Source: Candidatus Rokuibacteriota bacterium
GTDB lineage: Bacteria; Methylomirabilota; Methylomirabilia; Rokubacteriales; CSP1-6
NCBI GenBank assembly: GCA_044869815.1
Contig: JBIOXS010000108.1
Coordinates: 23,369 to 87,368 of the forward strand
DNA: 64,000 nucleotides
Reading direction: 5' to 3'
The notes under the pieces are model-generated. The model was not told the DNA's origin and ran no database searches. It worked only from the letters and a program-made list of their open reading frames with translations. The translations under genes and the position numbers were made by a program. Of this stretch, positions 1-9,822 are shown piece by piece (position 1 is the first letter of the stretch; each line of letters begins with the position of its first letter).

Positions 1-709
1 TGATGCGGGAGACGTCGAGGAGGTCGTCCAGCAAGCGGGCCTGATGGAGCGCCTGCCGCTCGACGACCTCCCGTGCGCGCTGGACGACGGGGTTGTCGCC
101 GGCCTGGCGGCCGAGAATCTGCACGGCGCTGAGGATCGGTGCCAGCGGGGTGCGCAGCTCGTGCGCGAGGATGGCGAGGAACTCGTTCTTGTAGCGGTCG
201 GCCATCTCGGCTTCCTCCAGCTCCTCGCGGCGGCGCCGGAGGTCTTCGTTGGCCGCCCGCAGCTCGTCGTTCGCGGTGGCGATCTCCGCCGACGACGTCT
301 GCAATTCGGCCCGGGTCGCCTCCAGCTCGGCGCGGAGCACGGCGAGCTCGGCCGCCAGCGCCTTCGCCGCCGCGGCATCCGTGCGACGCAGCACGAAGCC
401 CTGCAAACCGTCGTCGACGCGCACCGGCGCGACGGTGATGTCGCCGTCTGGAAGGTCGACCTGATGGGGCTGGAGGCCGCCCTCGTTGCGAATGGCCTCG
501 ACGGTCTTGCGAAGCACGGAGCCGCCCGGAATGCACTCGAGGACCAACGGATTGGCGCCGAGATGGTGGCGGTCGAGGCCGAAGGCCGCGGCCGCGGCGG
601 CGTTCCACGCGACGAGACGTTCGTCGAGGTCCACGACGACGGTGGCGCACGCGTCATGGGCGATCAACGCCTGGCAGAGCGTGGCGAACAACGCCGTCTG
701 GTGATTCAC
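1..709 (-). CDS. Sensor histidine kinase, N-terminal part (PAS + HisKA); the C-terminus runs off the window start
   Basis: The reverse-complement translation reads a PAS-like N-terminus ([36 protein letters not shown]...), a coiled coil, then the H-box [30 protein letters not shown]. An in-frame minus-strand TGA sits at 746-748 and a GTG at 707-709, and no stop follows before position 1. The ORF track only lists a + strand antisense ORF here. Confidence 0.75.
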   Translation of the reverse strand, partial: MNHQTALFATLCQALIAHDACATVVVDLDERLVAWNAAAAAAFGLDRHHLGANPLVLECIPGGSVLRKTVEAIRNEGGLQPHQVDLPDGDITVAPVRVDDGLQGFVLRRTDAAAAKALAAELAVLRAELEATRAELQTSSAEIATANDELRAANEDLRRRREELEEAEMADRYKNEFLAILAHELRTPLAPILSAVQILGRQAGDNPVVQRAREVVERQALHQARLLDDLLDVSRI

Positions 710-787
710 CTGGAACGGGCAGTCTAGCGCCCGGGACAGGCCACTTCAAGCATGAGGGCGACTGCGTCGACGACGCGTTGAAGGAAA

Positions 788-863
<76 letters not shown>

Positions 864-919
864 ACGCGAGGGGTCACGGTACAGGCGTAGCGTGACGCCT
901 GTCAAGAAAGGGAAAGTGT

Positions 920-1007
920 TGGTGGGGGCGAGGGGATTTGAACCCCTACGCCCTTGCGGGCAGCGGCTTTTGAGGCCGCCGCGGCTGCCAGCTTACGCCA
1001 CGCCCCC
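920..1007 (-). tRNA. tRNA-Leu (anticodon CAA), long variable arm
   Basis: The reverse complement GGGGGCGTGGCGTAAGCTGGCAGCCGCGGCGGCCTCAAAAGCCGCTGCCCGCAAGGGCGTAGGGGTTCAAATCCCCTCGCCCCCACCA is 88 nt with a 7-bp acceptor stem. The anticodon loop CTCAAAA gives CAA. Confidence 0.8.
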
Positions 1008-1009
1008 AC

Positions 1010-1843
1010 TCAAAAGTTATCGCGCTCGCACGCCGAAATAAACGTATCCGCAGTCGCGCGCTTTCGACTCAGACATAGAACAGCCGGTGAATAATACATC
1101 CAACGGAGCAGCCGTAGCGACCCTCGCTTCGCGAAGCGTAGCTTCCAGAGCGGATGGCGCCTCCCTTTTCGTTCAACGGAGAGGGAGCCGCGCACCCCGA
1201 CAAGATGGTCGATGCTGGCACGAATCCACTCGAGGAAGACGGGACTGGCGGACACGAGGGCGACGTAGAGTCGCTTGTAGACGTATCGCGGGTTCTTCGC
1301 GGCGTGATAACGGTCGGTGTACACGATGATCGAACCATCGCCATCGATGCACCCGCGGAAGAAGTCACTGAAGTATTCGTCGGGAATGCGAAGCGATCCG
1401 ATCGTCAGGCTCTTGGCTGGTGATAGTCCAACTTCGAGCAGCCAGTCGTACAGATCATGGTCGATCCACTGAATGTGGTGGCATCCTTTCGCGTAGGGCC
1501 TGACTGGCGCTGCGATCTCGAGATATCGACGCACGATATCGAGCATTTCCGTGTCATTCGAGGACAGCGCAAGACGACCGTGATGTCGGGCAAGGTTGCC
1601 GTCCGTCGCCATAAGGCCCATGACGTACGCCAGGCCTGGTGTCCACGCCCGCGTCGCGGCATATACATGGCGTTTCCATTGCGGACCGCGGGGGCGCGAA
1701 CCGATGGCGAAACGTATCAACGCTCGTCGCACGGTGGACGCCCCACAGCCAAGGTGCACGGCGACTTCCAACATCGTGCGCCGTTCGTCAATGTAGAGTC
1801 GTCTCAACATCGTACGGTCGATATGTATCGTCGAAGAGTGCAT
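1010..1843 (-). mobile_element. Free-standing LAGLIDADG-family homing-endonuclease-like protein with an N-terminal HTH (277 aa)
   Basis: Two LAGLIDADG motifs are present: YVMGLMATDGNL and FFRGCIDGDGSI. An HTH-like N-terminus reads MLRRLYIDERRTMLEVAVHLGCGASTVRRAL. Local GC is about 55% against about 70% background. The stop lies 3 nt from the 5' end of tRNA-Leu on the same strand. Confidence 0.7.
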
Positions 1844-1902
1844 TCCTCAATGTCGACGCGACGTTGAAAAGAAACAATGTTCAATGGTGAATACACACCT
1901 CC

Positions 1903-2241
1903 TTGACGCCGTCGTCGCCGAATTCGTACACTGCCTCCTCGGCCGTTCCGCTTCGCTCGGGACCGATCGGGGAGGAGAGGGTGGACGACGCGCTGGTCCG
2001 GGAGCGAGTGCGCGAGATGCTCGCGACCAACCGACTTCCCACCACCGACCCCATCAAGCTCTGGGCCGGCCCCAGCATGGGGAAGCCATGCACCATCTGC
2101 GGTGAGACCATCCGGACGGCGACCGAATACGAGCTGGATTTCGCCGCGCCCGTGACGCTGCTGCTGCACCCGCAGTGCTACGCGATCTGGAACGAGGAGC
2201 GCCGCCACGGCCCGTCCGCCTCCGCCGAACACGCCTCCTGA
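1903..2241 (+). CDS. Hypothetical small Cys-containing protein (possible C-x2-C ... H-x2-C metal site)
   Basis: The ORF has protein-like composition, unlike the surrounding antisense ORFs. It contains the motifs KPCTICGETIRT and LLLHPQCYAIW. I recognise no family. Confidence 0.35.
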   Translation: MTPSSPNSYTASSAVPLRSGPIGEERVDDALVRERVREMLATNRLPTTDPIKLWAGPSMGKPCTICGETIRTATEYELDFAAPVTLLLHPQCYAIWNEERRHGPSASAEHAS

Positions 2242-2276
2242 GAGGTGTGACAGAATAGCGGCCGAGGTGGTGGCCG

Positions 2277-4415
2277 ATGGCTGAGCGCTCGTTCGCCGAG
2301 GACGTCAAGCAGCTGGGATACGGCGCGGGCCAGATCCTGCGCGGCGAGGGCATCCTCGCCATCACCAAAGCGCTCCTGCAGTCGGGCGTCAGCTATGTCG
2401 GCGGATATCCCGGGGCGCCCATCTCCCACCTGCTCGACGTCATGGCCGACGCGAACGACTCGCTGCTGGCGCCGATGGGCATCTACTTCGAGCTGTCCGG
2501 GAGCGAGGCTGCGGCCGCCGCCCTCCTGGGCGCCTCCATCAACTATCCGGTGCGGGGCGCCGTCACCTGGAAATCGGTGGTCGGCACCAACGTCGCGTCC
2601 GACGCGCTGTCGCACGTCGCATCCGCCGGCGTGACCGGTGGGGCGCTGGTCGTCATCGGGGAGGATTACGGCGAAGGCGCCTCGATCCTCCAGGAGCGCA
2701 CGCACTCGGCGGCGCTGAAGTCGTCGATGCCGCTGCTCGACCCGCGCAACAGCCTCCAGTCGTTTGCGCGGTTCGTCGAGGAGGGCTTCGCGCTGTCGGA
2801 GGCGTGCAACGAGCCGGTGTTCTTCTCGATCCGCATCCGCGCCTGTCACATGCGCGGCACCCTCCTCTGCAAGGACAACATCCGGCCGGCCATCAGCATG
2901 CGCACGCCGCTCGGCGCGCCGTCGTTCAGCCTCGAGCGGATCAACCTGCCGCCGTTCACGTACGCCATGGAGGCGAAGAAATTCGAGCAGCGACTGCCGG
3001 CGGCGCGCCGCTTCATCCTCGAGCGGCGGCTGAACGAGCACCTGCCCGGATCGGAGCCGCATCTCGGCATCGTCATGCAGGGGGGGCTCTGGAACACCAC
3101 GGTGCGGGGGCTGCACCTGCTCGGCATGGCCGACATGCACGGGCGCACGCCGGTGCCGCTGCTCGTGCTGAACGCGATCCATCCCCTCGTGCCCGAGGAG
3201 CTGCTCACGTTTCTCCGCGGCAAGAAGCGCGTGCTGGTCGTCGAGGAGGGGATGCCGAACTACATCGAGCGTGAGCTGAAGGCGCTGGCGCACGAGGCGC
3301 GGCTCGACGTCGAGATCCAGGGCAAAGACCTCCTGTCGCCGCACGGCGAGTACGTGCCGGCCCTGGTCACCGGCGGGCTGCGCACGTTCCTGACGGCGTC
3401 GAATCCCACCGTCCGGTCGGTGACCGCCATCGAGGAGCGCTACGCCGCCCTCGTCGGCCATCTCGAGGCGGTGCGCGCGGCGATCCGGCAGCCGATCGCC
3501 AAGCGGCCGCCGTCCTTCTGTACCGGCTGTCCCGAGCGACCGGTGTTCAGCGCCATGAAGATCTTGAAGACGAAGTCGCCGGAGATCGGCGACACGCACG
3601 TGTCGGCGGACATCGGGTGCCACACCTTCTCCACGCAGGCACCGTTCAACGTCGGCAACTCCGTCCTCGGCTATGGCATGGGGCTGGCGTCCTCGAGCGC
3701 GGTGGCGCCGCTGTTCGGCAAGCGCGTCGTGTCGGTGATGGGCGATGGCGGCTTCTGGCACAACGGGCTCACCAACGGCGTCGCGAATGCCATGTACAAC
3801 AAGCAGGACTCCGTGCTCGTCATCCTCGACAACTTCTACACGTCGGCCACGGGCCAGCACCACAATCCGTCCACGGGCACGAACGCCCGCAAGCAGCCGA
3901 CGGGAATGACGATCCCGGCCGCGCTGCGTGGTGTCGGCGTGAAGTGGATCCACACCGTCGACTCCTACGACATCGGCGTCATGCTCCGCACGCTGCGCGA
4001 GGCCCTGACCACGCGCGTTCGAGGCCTCAAGGTGGTCATAGCGCGCGGGGAGTGCCAGCTCGAGCGCCAGCGGCGCCTGCGGCCGGCGATCCGCCGGCGC
4101 GCGGCGGCGGGCGAGACGGTCGTCCAGCCGCGGTTCGGCATCGACCCCGACGTGTGCACCGGCGACCATTCGTGCATGCGGCTCAACGGCTGCCCCTCGC
4201 TGACGCTGCGCGAGAGTCCCGACCCGTTGCGCGAGGATCCGATCGCGCACGTCGACGACACCTGCGTGGGCTGTGGCGTCTGCGGCGAGGTCGCGCACGC
4301 CGCGGTGCTCTGCCCCTCCTTCTACGAGGTCCGCGTGATCACGAATCCCGGCTGGTGGGCGCGCCTGATCGGGCGAGTGCGCCGCCGCGTCATCGGCGCG
4401 CTGGCAGGCGCGTGA
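2277..4415 (+). CDS. iorA: Indolepyruvate:ferredoxin oxidoreductase alpha subunit (TPP-binding, 4Fe-4S)
   Basis: 712 aa. It has the TPP motif GDGGFWHNG and a C-terminal cysteine cluster (CTGDHSCMRLNGCP ... CVGCGVCGE). This is IorA-family architecture. Confidence 0.85.
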   Translation: MAERSFAEDVKQLGYGAGQILRGEGILAITKALLQSGVSYVGGYPGAPISHLLDVMADANDSLLAPMGIYFELSGSEAAAAALLGASINYPVRGAVTWKSVVGTNVASDALSHVASAGVTGGALVVIGEDYGEGASILQERTHSAALKSSMPLLDPRNSLQSFARFVEEGFALSEACNEPVFFSIRIRACHMRGTLLCKDNIRPAISMRTPLGAPSFSLERINLPPFTYAMEAKKFEQRLPAARRFILERRLNEHLPGSEPHLGIVMQGGLWNTTVRGLHLLGMADMHGRTPVPLLVLNAIHPLVPEELLTFLRGKKRVLVVEEGMPNYIERELKALAHEARLDVEIQGKDLLSPHGEYVPALVTGGLRTFLTASNPTVRSVTAIEERYAALVGHLEAVRAAIRQPIAKRPPSFCTGCPERPVFSAMKILKTKSPEIGDTHVSADIGCHTFSTQAPFNVGNSVLGYGMGLASSSAVAPLFGKRVVSVMGDGGFWHNGLTNGVANAMYNKQDSVLVILDNFYTSATGQHHNPSTGTNARKQPTGMTIPAALRGVGVKWIHTVDSYDIGVMLRTLREALTTRVRGLKVVIARGECQLERQRRLRPAIRRRAAAGETVVQPRFGIDPDVCTGDHSCMRLNGCPSLTLRESPDPLREDPIAHVDDTCVGCGVCGEVAHAAVLCPSFYEVRVITNPGWWARLIGRVRRRVIGALAGA

Positions 4416-5926
4416 ACGAGGCGAACGGCATCCTGTCCGTGCTGATTCCCGCCGTCGGCGGGCAAGGCGGCGGCGTGCTCTCGGAGTGGATCGTCGAGGC
4501 GGCGGCGCTCGACGGCTACCGGGTGCATGGCACGTCGATCCCGGGGGTGGCGCAGCGGACGGGCTCGACGACCTATTACGTCGAGCTCGCCACCGATCGC
4601 GCAACGGACGACGAGCCGGCCTTCTCCCTCTATCCCGTTCCGGGCGCCCTCGACGTGCTGGTCGCGCCGGAATTCCTCGAGGTCGGGCGCATGGCCGAGG
4701 CCGGCTTCGTGTCGCCGGCGCGGACGACGGTGGTCTGCAGCACCCATCGCCTCTACTCGATTCACGAAAAGATCGCCACCGGCCGCGCCATCTATCCGCG
4801 CGAGGAGCTCGAGACACTGGCCCGCACGGCGGCGCGCCGGCTCGTCGCCTTCGACGCGCTCGCCGTTGCCCGCGAGCGCGGCACGGAGGTGAACGCCGTC
4901 CTGCTCGGCGCCCTCGCCGGCAGCCGTGCGCTGCCGGTGGCGCCGAGCGCCTTCCGGAAGGCGATCGAGTCGCGCGGCGTCGCCGTGGCCGCGAACGTCG
5001 CCGGCTTCGAGATCGGCCTCACGATGGCCGAGACCGGCGGCCCTGTCCGCGTTGCTGCGCGCGAGGCGAAGCCTCCGGTGGCGCTGCCCGCGGCGTTCGC
5101 CGCTGACGTCGCGGTGTTGCCGGACGCCGTCCGCGACGTGGTGACGCTCGGCATTCCGCGGCTCATCGACTATCAGGACGAAGCGTACGCCCGCTGCTAC
5201 CTCGAGCGGCTGCGGCCGTTGCTCGACCGGCCGCCCGTCGCCCTGCTCGTAGCCCGCCACCTGGCCGTATGGATGACGTACGAGGACGCGATCCGCGTCG
5301 CGCAGGCGAAGACGCGGGCCAGCCGGTTCGCCCGGATCCGCGCCGAGACGCGGGCCGCCGAGGGCGAGATCCAGGTGATCGATTATCTGAAACCCGACCT
5401 CGACGAGATCTGGGGAGTGCTGCCGTACCGGCTGGTGGCGCCGTTCGCGCGCTGGGCGCAACGCCGCTGGCCCCACGGGCGGCCGACGCTCGGTCAGCAC
5501 GTGCGCACGACGACCGTCGCGGGGTTCTTGCGTGTGCGGATGCTGACGTGGCTACGTCCGCTGCGGCCGATCTCGTGGCGCGCGCGCGAGGAGCACGAGC
5601 GGATGGAGCGCTGGCTCGCCGGCGTGCGCGCGGCGGCGGGGCGGGACGACGCGCTCGGGTGCGAAGTGGCGCGGCTTGCCCAGCTGGTCAAGGGCTACGG
5701 CGACGTGCGCCGGCGCTTGCTGGGCGTCTTCGACGCCGCGTTGGCGACCGCCCTGCGCGCGGCTGAGGCCGATCCGGCCTTTGCCGCGGCGCTGGCGTCT
5801 CGGCTGAGAATGCTGGTGCTCGAAGGGCCGGAGGGCGAGGCGCGTGCCGAGGCGCTGGCGGCGGCGGTACGCGCGCGTCTCGAGGCCGACGACCTGCCCG
5901 GCGCCCGCGCGCTGGTGACCGGCTAG
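4412..5926 (+). CDS. iorB: Indolepyruvate:ferredoxin oxidoreductase beta subunit
   Basis: The GTG at 4412 overlaps the iorA stop (GTGA). The N-terminus reads ILSVLIPAVGGQGGGVLSEWIV, typical of the OFOR gamma-like fold. The track ORF 3617..5926 is an out-of-frame upstream extension. Confidence 0.8.
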   Translation: MNEANGILSVLIPAVGGQGGGVLSEWIVEAAALDGYRVHGTSIPGVAQRTGSTTYYVELATDRATDDEPAFSLYPVPGALDVLVAPEFLEVGRMAEAGFVSPARTTVVCSTHRLYSIHEKIATGRAIYPREELETLARTAARRLVAFDALAVARERGTEVNAVLLGALAGSRALPVAPSAFRKAIESRGVAVAANVAGFEIGLTMAETGGPVRVAAREAKPPVALPAAFAADVAVLPDAVRDVVTLGIPRLIDYQDEAYARCYLERLRPLLDRPPVALLVARHLAVWMTYEDAIRVAQAKTRASRFARIRAETRAAEGEIQVIDYLKPDLDEIWGVLPYRLVAPFARWAQRRWPHGRPTLGQHVRTTTVAGFLRVRMLTWLRPLRPISWRAREEHERMERWLAGVRAAAGRDDALGCEVARLAQLVKGYGDVRRRLLGVFDAALATALRAAEADPAFAAALASRLRMLVLEGPEGEARAEALAAAVRARLEADDLPGARALVTG

Positions 5927-5933
5927 GCGCCTC

Positions 5934-6188
5934 TCAGCGCGGCAGCTCGAGGTCGAGGCCGAGCCGCTCCAGGGCCACGCAGGCGTCGCGACGATACTCG
6001 ACGGGCGCGATCATCGGCGTCTGCCGGGCAACTTCCTTCATCCGGTAGGCGCAGGCGACGTTTTGCCACGTGCGCGCCTGCTTCCGTTGCTCGTACCCCC
6101 ACGCCACGGGAAGCACGATCAGCGTGATGAGCCCGGCGACCCCCACCATCTTGAGTGCCGCTTCCACCTCGGGTCGGAAGAACCTCAT
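5934..6188 (-). CDS. Small single-TM membrane protein (84 aa), hypothetical
   Basis: The ATG at 6186-6188 follows GGAGG at a 7-nt spacing. One hydrophobic helix (MVGVAGLITLIVLPVAWGY) is present. It ends the YdjM-like/REC-PilZ operon. Confidence 0.45.
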   Translation of the reverse strand: MRFFRPEVEAALKMVGVAGLITLIVLPVAWGYEQRKQARTWQNVACAYRMKEVARQTPMIAPVEYRRDACVALERLGLDLELPR

Positions 6189-6338
6189 ACGCGGCCTCCG
6201 CCCCGGTGGACGAGCATTTCTCCTGCCACACCGGCCGCGATGGCGCGCCGCCGGGTCCGCGTGAGCGTCGACGACTCGACACGGCGGTAGGGAGGGGAAA
6301 TTCGTCGCGACAATATCCAAGCGCTTTCCATCGCGGCC

Positions 6339-7055
6339 TCAGCGACCCGTCCGCCGGACGATATCGCCGAGACGACGCTGCTCGTGCGAGGGCAGGTTGA
6401 CGAAGGAGAGGACGGTGCCCGTGGTGTCGCGGCGGACGACGATCGAGATCACGTCGACCGGCTCGCCGCCGTCGGGCGGCGTGAACCCGCACTTCACGGC
6501 GGTGCCGACCGCCAGCGAAGCGTCCGTGCGAACCTTCATGCCGGTCACCGAGATCTCGGTGCAGATGCCGTCCCAGGCCGACCCCCGGTACTCGCGGAGC
6601 GAGACCGGGATGTTGGCGCGCACCCGCGGGGCCTGCCGGCGCTCGGTCTGCTGGGCTGCGGATTCGCGACTGCGGTGGATCGCATGCGGCTCGAGGTACG
6701 TCAGCACGTCCTGCAGCCGCTCCAGGGGCACGGGCTTGCCGACGAAGTCGAGGGCGCCGAGGCGCAGGCACTCGCGCGCCTGGCTTTCCGTGACGATGCC
6801 CGAGACGGCCACGATCGGCAGCCCGGATTCCCGGATGGGACGCAGCTGCATGAAGTCGAGGCCGCTCATGCCGGGCAGGTGGATGTCGAGGATGATCGCG
6901 TCGGGCCGTTCGGTCTCGAGCGTGCCGAGGGCGGCCTCGGCGCTGCGCACCATCACCGGATGGTGGCCCAGCTCGATCAGGAAGTCGCGAAAGACCTCAC
7001 TCAGGACTTCCTCGTCCTCCACCACCAGGACGCGCATCGCCCGGGAGTCTAGCAT
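6339..7055 (-). CDS. Response regulator with receiver (REC) domain and C-terminal PilZ domain
   Basis: The REC domain reads MRVLVVEDEEVLSEVFRDFLIELGHHPV...DIHLPGMSGLDF. The C-terminal PilZ-like motifs are RRQAPRVRANIPV and TEISVTGMKV. The start is either ATG 7055 or ATG 7037. Confidence 0.7.
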   Translation of the reverse strand: MLDSRAMRVLVVEDEEVLSEVFRDFLIELGHHPVMVRSAEAALGTLETERPDAIILDIHLPGMSGLDFMQLRPIRESGLPIVAVSGIVTESQARECLRLGALDFVGKPVPLERLQDVLTYLEPHAIHRSRESAAQQTERRQAPRVRANIPVSLREYRGSAWDGICTEISVTGMKVRTDASLAVGTAVKCGFTPPDGGEPVDVISIVVRRDTTGTVLSFVNLPSHEQRRLGDIVRRTGR

Positions 7056-7063
7056 GGGGGCGG

Positions 7064-7600
7064 TCACGGCCGGGCCAGCGTGGCGCCGGAGCCGGCGTCG
7101 TCTTCCGCGATCCTGGCGCCCTGGAAGAACGCCGCCCAGAACTGCGGCGCCGGTGGCGCGATCCTCGGATCGCCGAGCATCGCGCGCGCGTCGAATCGAT
7201 GGGCCAGACGGTAGAAGAAGCTGTAGAAGGGCAGGATCGACCGGGGCGTCAGCTCCCCGTTGAAGATCAGGTCCAGCGTCAGGTGCATCAGCCCGCCGAG
7301 CAGATAGCCCCAGAGCCACACGGCGTCGCTCCACCACGCGGCGACGGCGAGCAGCGCGAAGAGCTCATAGGAATGCAAGGCGAGCACGACGCGTCGAGTA
7401 CGCCCTTCCAGGTAGTAGCGCAGGAACACGCCGGGCCGCAGATCCCGCTGGCGCTCGAAGACGACGTAGTCGACGGCGTGATCGAGGTCGATCAGGAAGC
7501 CCCCGGCCGCGATCGCCGCCGTCACGACGCCGTCGCCCGTGATGGCGGCCGCCGTCGCGCAGGCGGCCGCAGTCGTGACAAGGTGTCCGCCGGGGCTCAC
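7064..7600 (-). CDS. YdjM/DUF457-like membrane-bound metal-dependent hydrolase
   Basis: Motifs GGHLV, LIDLDH and GGLMHLTLD align with YdjM EGHLL, LPDIDH and SHILAD. The protein is hydrophobic. Confidence 0.5.
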   Translation of the reverse strand: MSPGGHLVTTAAACATAAAITGDGVVTAAIAAGGFLIDLDHAVDYVVFERQRDLRPGVFLRYYLEGRTRRVVLALHSYELFALLAVAAWWSDAVWLWGYLLGGLMHLTLDLIFNGELTPRSILPFYSFFYRLAHRFDARAMLGDPRIAPPAPQFWAAFFQGARIAEDDAGSGATLARP

Positions 7601-7723
7601 ACCCGCTTGAGAGGCAAGGCGCGTGCCCGTCCGGGAGCGCGCGTCAATACGCGCCCTGGCGCGGCCGATTGAGCACCGGGCTTCCGCGAATAGGGCGGAG
7701 ATTTCCGCCTGAAACCGCGTGCT

Positions 7724-7729
7724 ATACTC
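7724..7729 (+). promoter_or_regulatory. Candidate -10 element (TATACT) upstream of nuo locus 1
   Basis: TATACT lies 36 nt upstream of the nuoA TTG. AAGGAGG (7751-7757) sits 7 nt before the start. Confidence 0.3.
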
Positions 7730-7764
7730 GCGTCTTGGGTCGATTTTTCGAAGGAGGTCCCAGC

Positions 7765-8108
7765 TTGTCCGGGTACGTCCCGGTGGCCGTGTTCGCGGTT
7801 CTCATCGTCGGTTTTGGCGTGGTGTCGCTTGCGGCCGCGCAACTTTTGCGGCCGAGCCGGCCGGCGATCGTCAAGCTCATGAACTACGAATGCGGCGCGG
7901 AGCCGATCGGCTCGGCCTGGATCCAGTTCCCCGTCGGCTTCTACCTGGTGGCGCTGATCTTCATCGTCTTCGACGCCCTCGCCGTCTTCCTGGTGCCCTG
8001 GCTGCTGGTGGCGCGGCCACTGGGCCTGCCGGGTTTCTGGACCATAGCCGCCTTCGTGGCCATCATCGGCCTCGGCTGGGTCTACGCTTATCGCGAAGGA
8101 GTGCTCGA

Positions 8109-8118
<10 letters not shown>
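7765..8118 (+). CDS. nuoA: NADH-quinone oxidoreductase subunit A (locus 1)
   Basis: TTG start 7 nt after AGGAGG. The protein has 3 TM helices and the NuoA motif NYECGAEP. The track ORF starts at a spurious upstream codon. Confidence 0.85.
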
Positions 8119-8719
<601 letters not shown>

Positions 8720-8723
<4 letters not shown>

Positions 8724-9175
8724 CCGCGCTCGCCGCCGTCGACGCCGCGGGCCGGGTACGTCAGGAGTTCGGCCTCGAGCCGATCGTGGATGGCCAGAGC
8801 CTCACCGTCGGCGTCCCGCTCGACCGCTGGCAGGCCGTCGGGCGCTTCGTGCGGGAGACGCTGGGGTGCCGCTTCTTCAACTTCCTGACTGCCATCGACT
8901 GGAAGGAGCAGGGACGCGAGGTCATCTGCCGTGCCGACAACCTCGAGGCGCGGCTCAGCGTGCTGATGCGCGCCCGGGCCGTGGACGACCGCTGTCCCAC
9001 CCTCACCGGCGTCTGGCGCGGGGCGGACTGGATGGAGCGCGAGTGCTACGACATGTTCGGCATCACCTTCGAGGGACATCCCGATCATCGTCGCATCCTC
9101 CTGGGCGACGACTGGGAGGGCCATCCGCTGCGCAAGGACTACGCTGTCGACACGCCGCACACGCCGTACCGATAG
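8720..9175 (+). CDS. nuoC: NADH-quinone oxidoreductase subunit C (locus 1)
   Basis: The GTG overlaps the nuoB stop. It shows 30-kDa subunit similarity ([17 protein letters not shown]...LRKDY). Confidence 0.8.
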
Positions 9176-9185
9176 GAGTGGAGCG

Positions 9186-9821
9186 ATGATCTACGAGCTG
9201 CGCACCTACACGCTGCAACCCGGCACCCAGGCCCAGTACGTCAAGCAGTCGGGCGAGGTCGGTCGAAAGATCCGCGGCGACGACTACGGCAAGTTCGAGG
9301 GCGGCTGGACGACGGAGTTCGGCACCCTCAACCAGTACGTCCACCTCTGGGGCTACGCCGATCTCAACGAGCGGGAGCGGCTGCGCGGCGCGCTGGCGAA
9401 GAACGAGGCGTGGAACAGAGAGTACCTGCCGATCTCGCGACCGATGATGCTCGCGCAGGAGAACAAGATCCTCAAGCCGGTGGTGCCCATGACGCCGCCG
9501 TCGGACACCGGCAACGTCTACGAGCTGCGCTGGTACCGCACCCACGTCGGCAAGGTGGGCGAATGGCTCGAGATGTTCAAGGCCGTGCTGCCGACCCGTG
9601 ACAAGTACACGCGGCGCGTCGGCCTGTGGCAGACGGAGAGCGGCCAGCTCAACGAGGTCGTGCACATGTGGGTCTACAAGGATCTCAACGATCGCGCGGC
9701 CTCCCGCGCGCGGATGGTGGGCGACCCGGCGTGGCAGGCCTTCATCGCCAGGTCACCGGCGCTCTTGCAGCACATGCAGTCGATCGTCCTCATCCCGGTT
9801 CCCCACTCGCCGCTCAAATAA
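9186..9821 (+). CDS. Tandem NIPSNAP-domain protein inserted between nuoC and nuoD
   Basis: Two about 100-aa repeats each carry the NIPSNAP signature: IYELRTYTLQPG...LNQYVHLWGYADLNERERLR and VYELRWYRTHVG...LNEVVHMWVYKDLNDRAASR. It lies 10 nt after nuoC and its stop abuts the nuoD TTG. Confidence 0.8.
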   Translation: MIYELRTYTLQPGTQAQYVKQSGEVGRKIRGDDYGKFEGGWTTEFGTLNQYVHLWGYADLNERERLRGALAKNEAWNREYLPISRPMMLAQENKILKPVVPMTPPSDTGNVYELRWYRTHVGKVGEWLEMFKAVLPTRDKYTRRVGLWQTESGQLNEVVHMWVYKDLNDRAASRARMVGDPAWQAFIARSPALLQHMQSIVLIPVPHSPLK

Positions 9822-9822
9822 C

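Noticed and set aside
2178-4817. An 879-aa minus-strand ORF antisense to iorA. Similar long antisense ORFs occur at 12796-14778, 25826-27925, 30683-33223, 42644-44176, 44227-46116 and 52566-54461.
   Set aside because: They have Arg/Ala/Pro/Gly-rich low-complexity composition with no recognisable domains. They lie exactly antisense to well-supported genes, which is the classic stop-codon-poor artefact of ~70% GC DNA.
3617-5926. Track ORF of 769 aa that spans the iorA 3' end and iorB.
   Set aside because: Its first ~265 codons are out of frame relative to iorA and are low-complexity. The real iorB begins at GTG 4412, overlapping the iorA stop.
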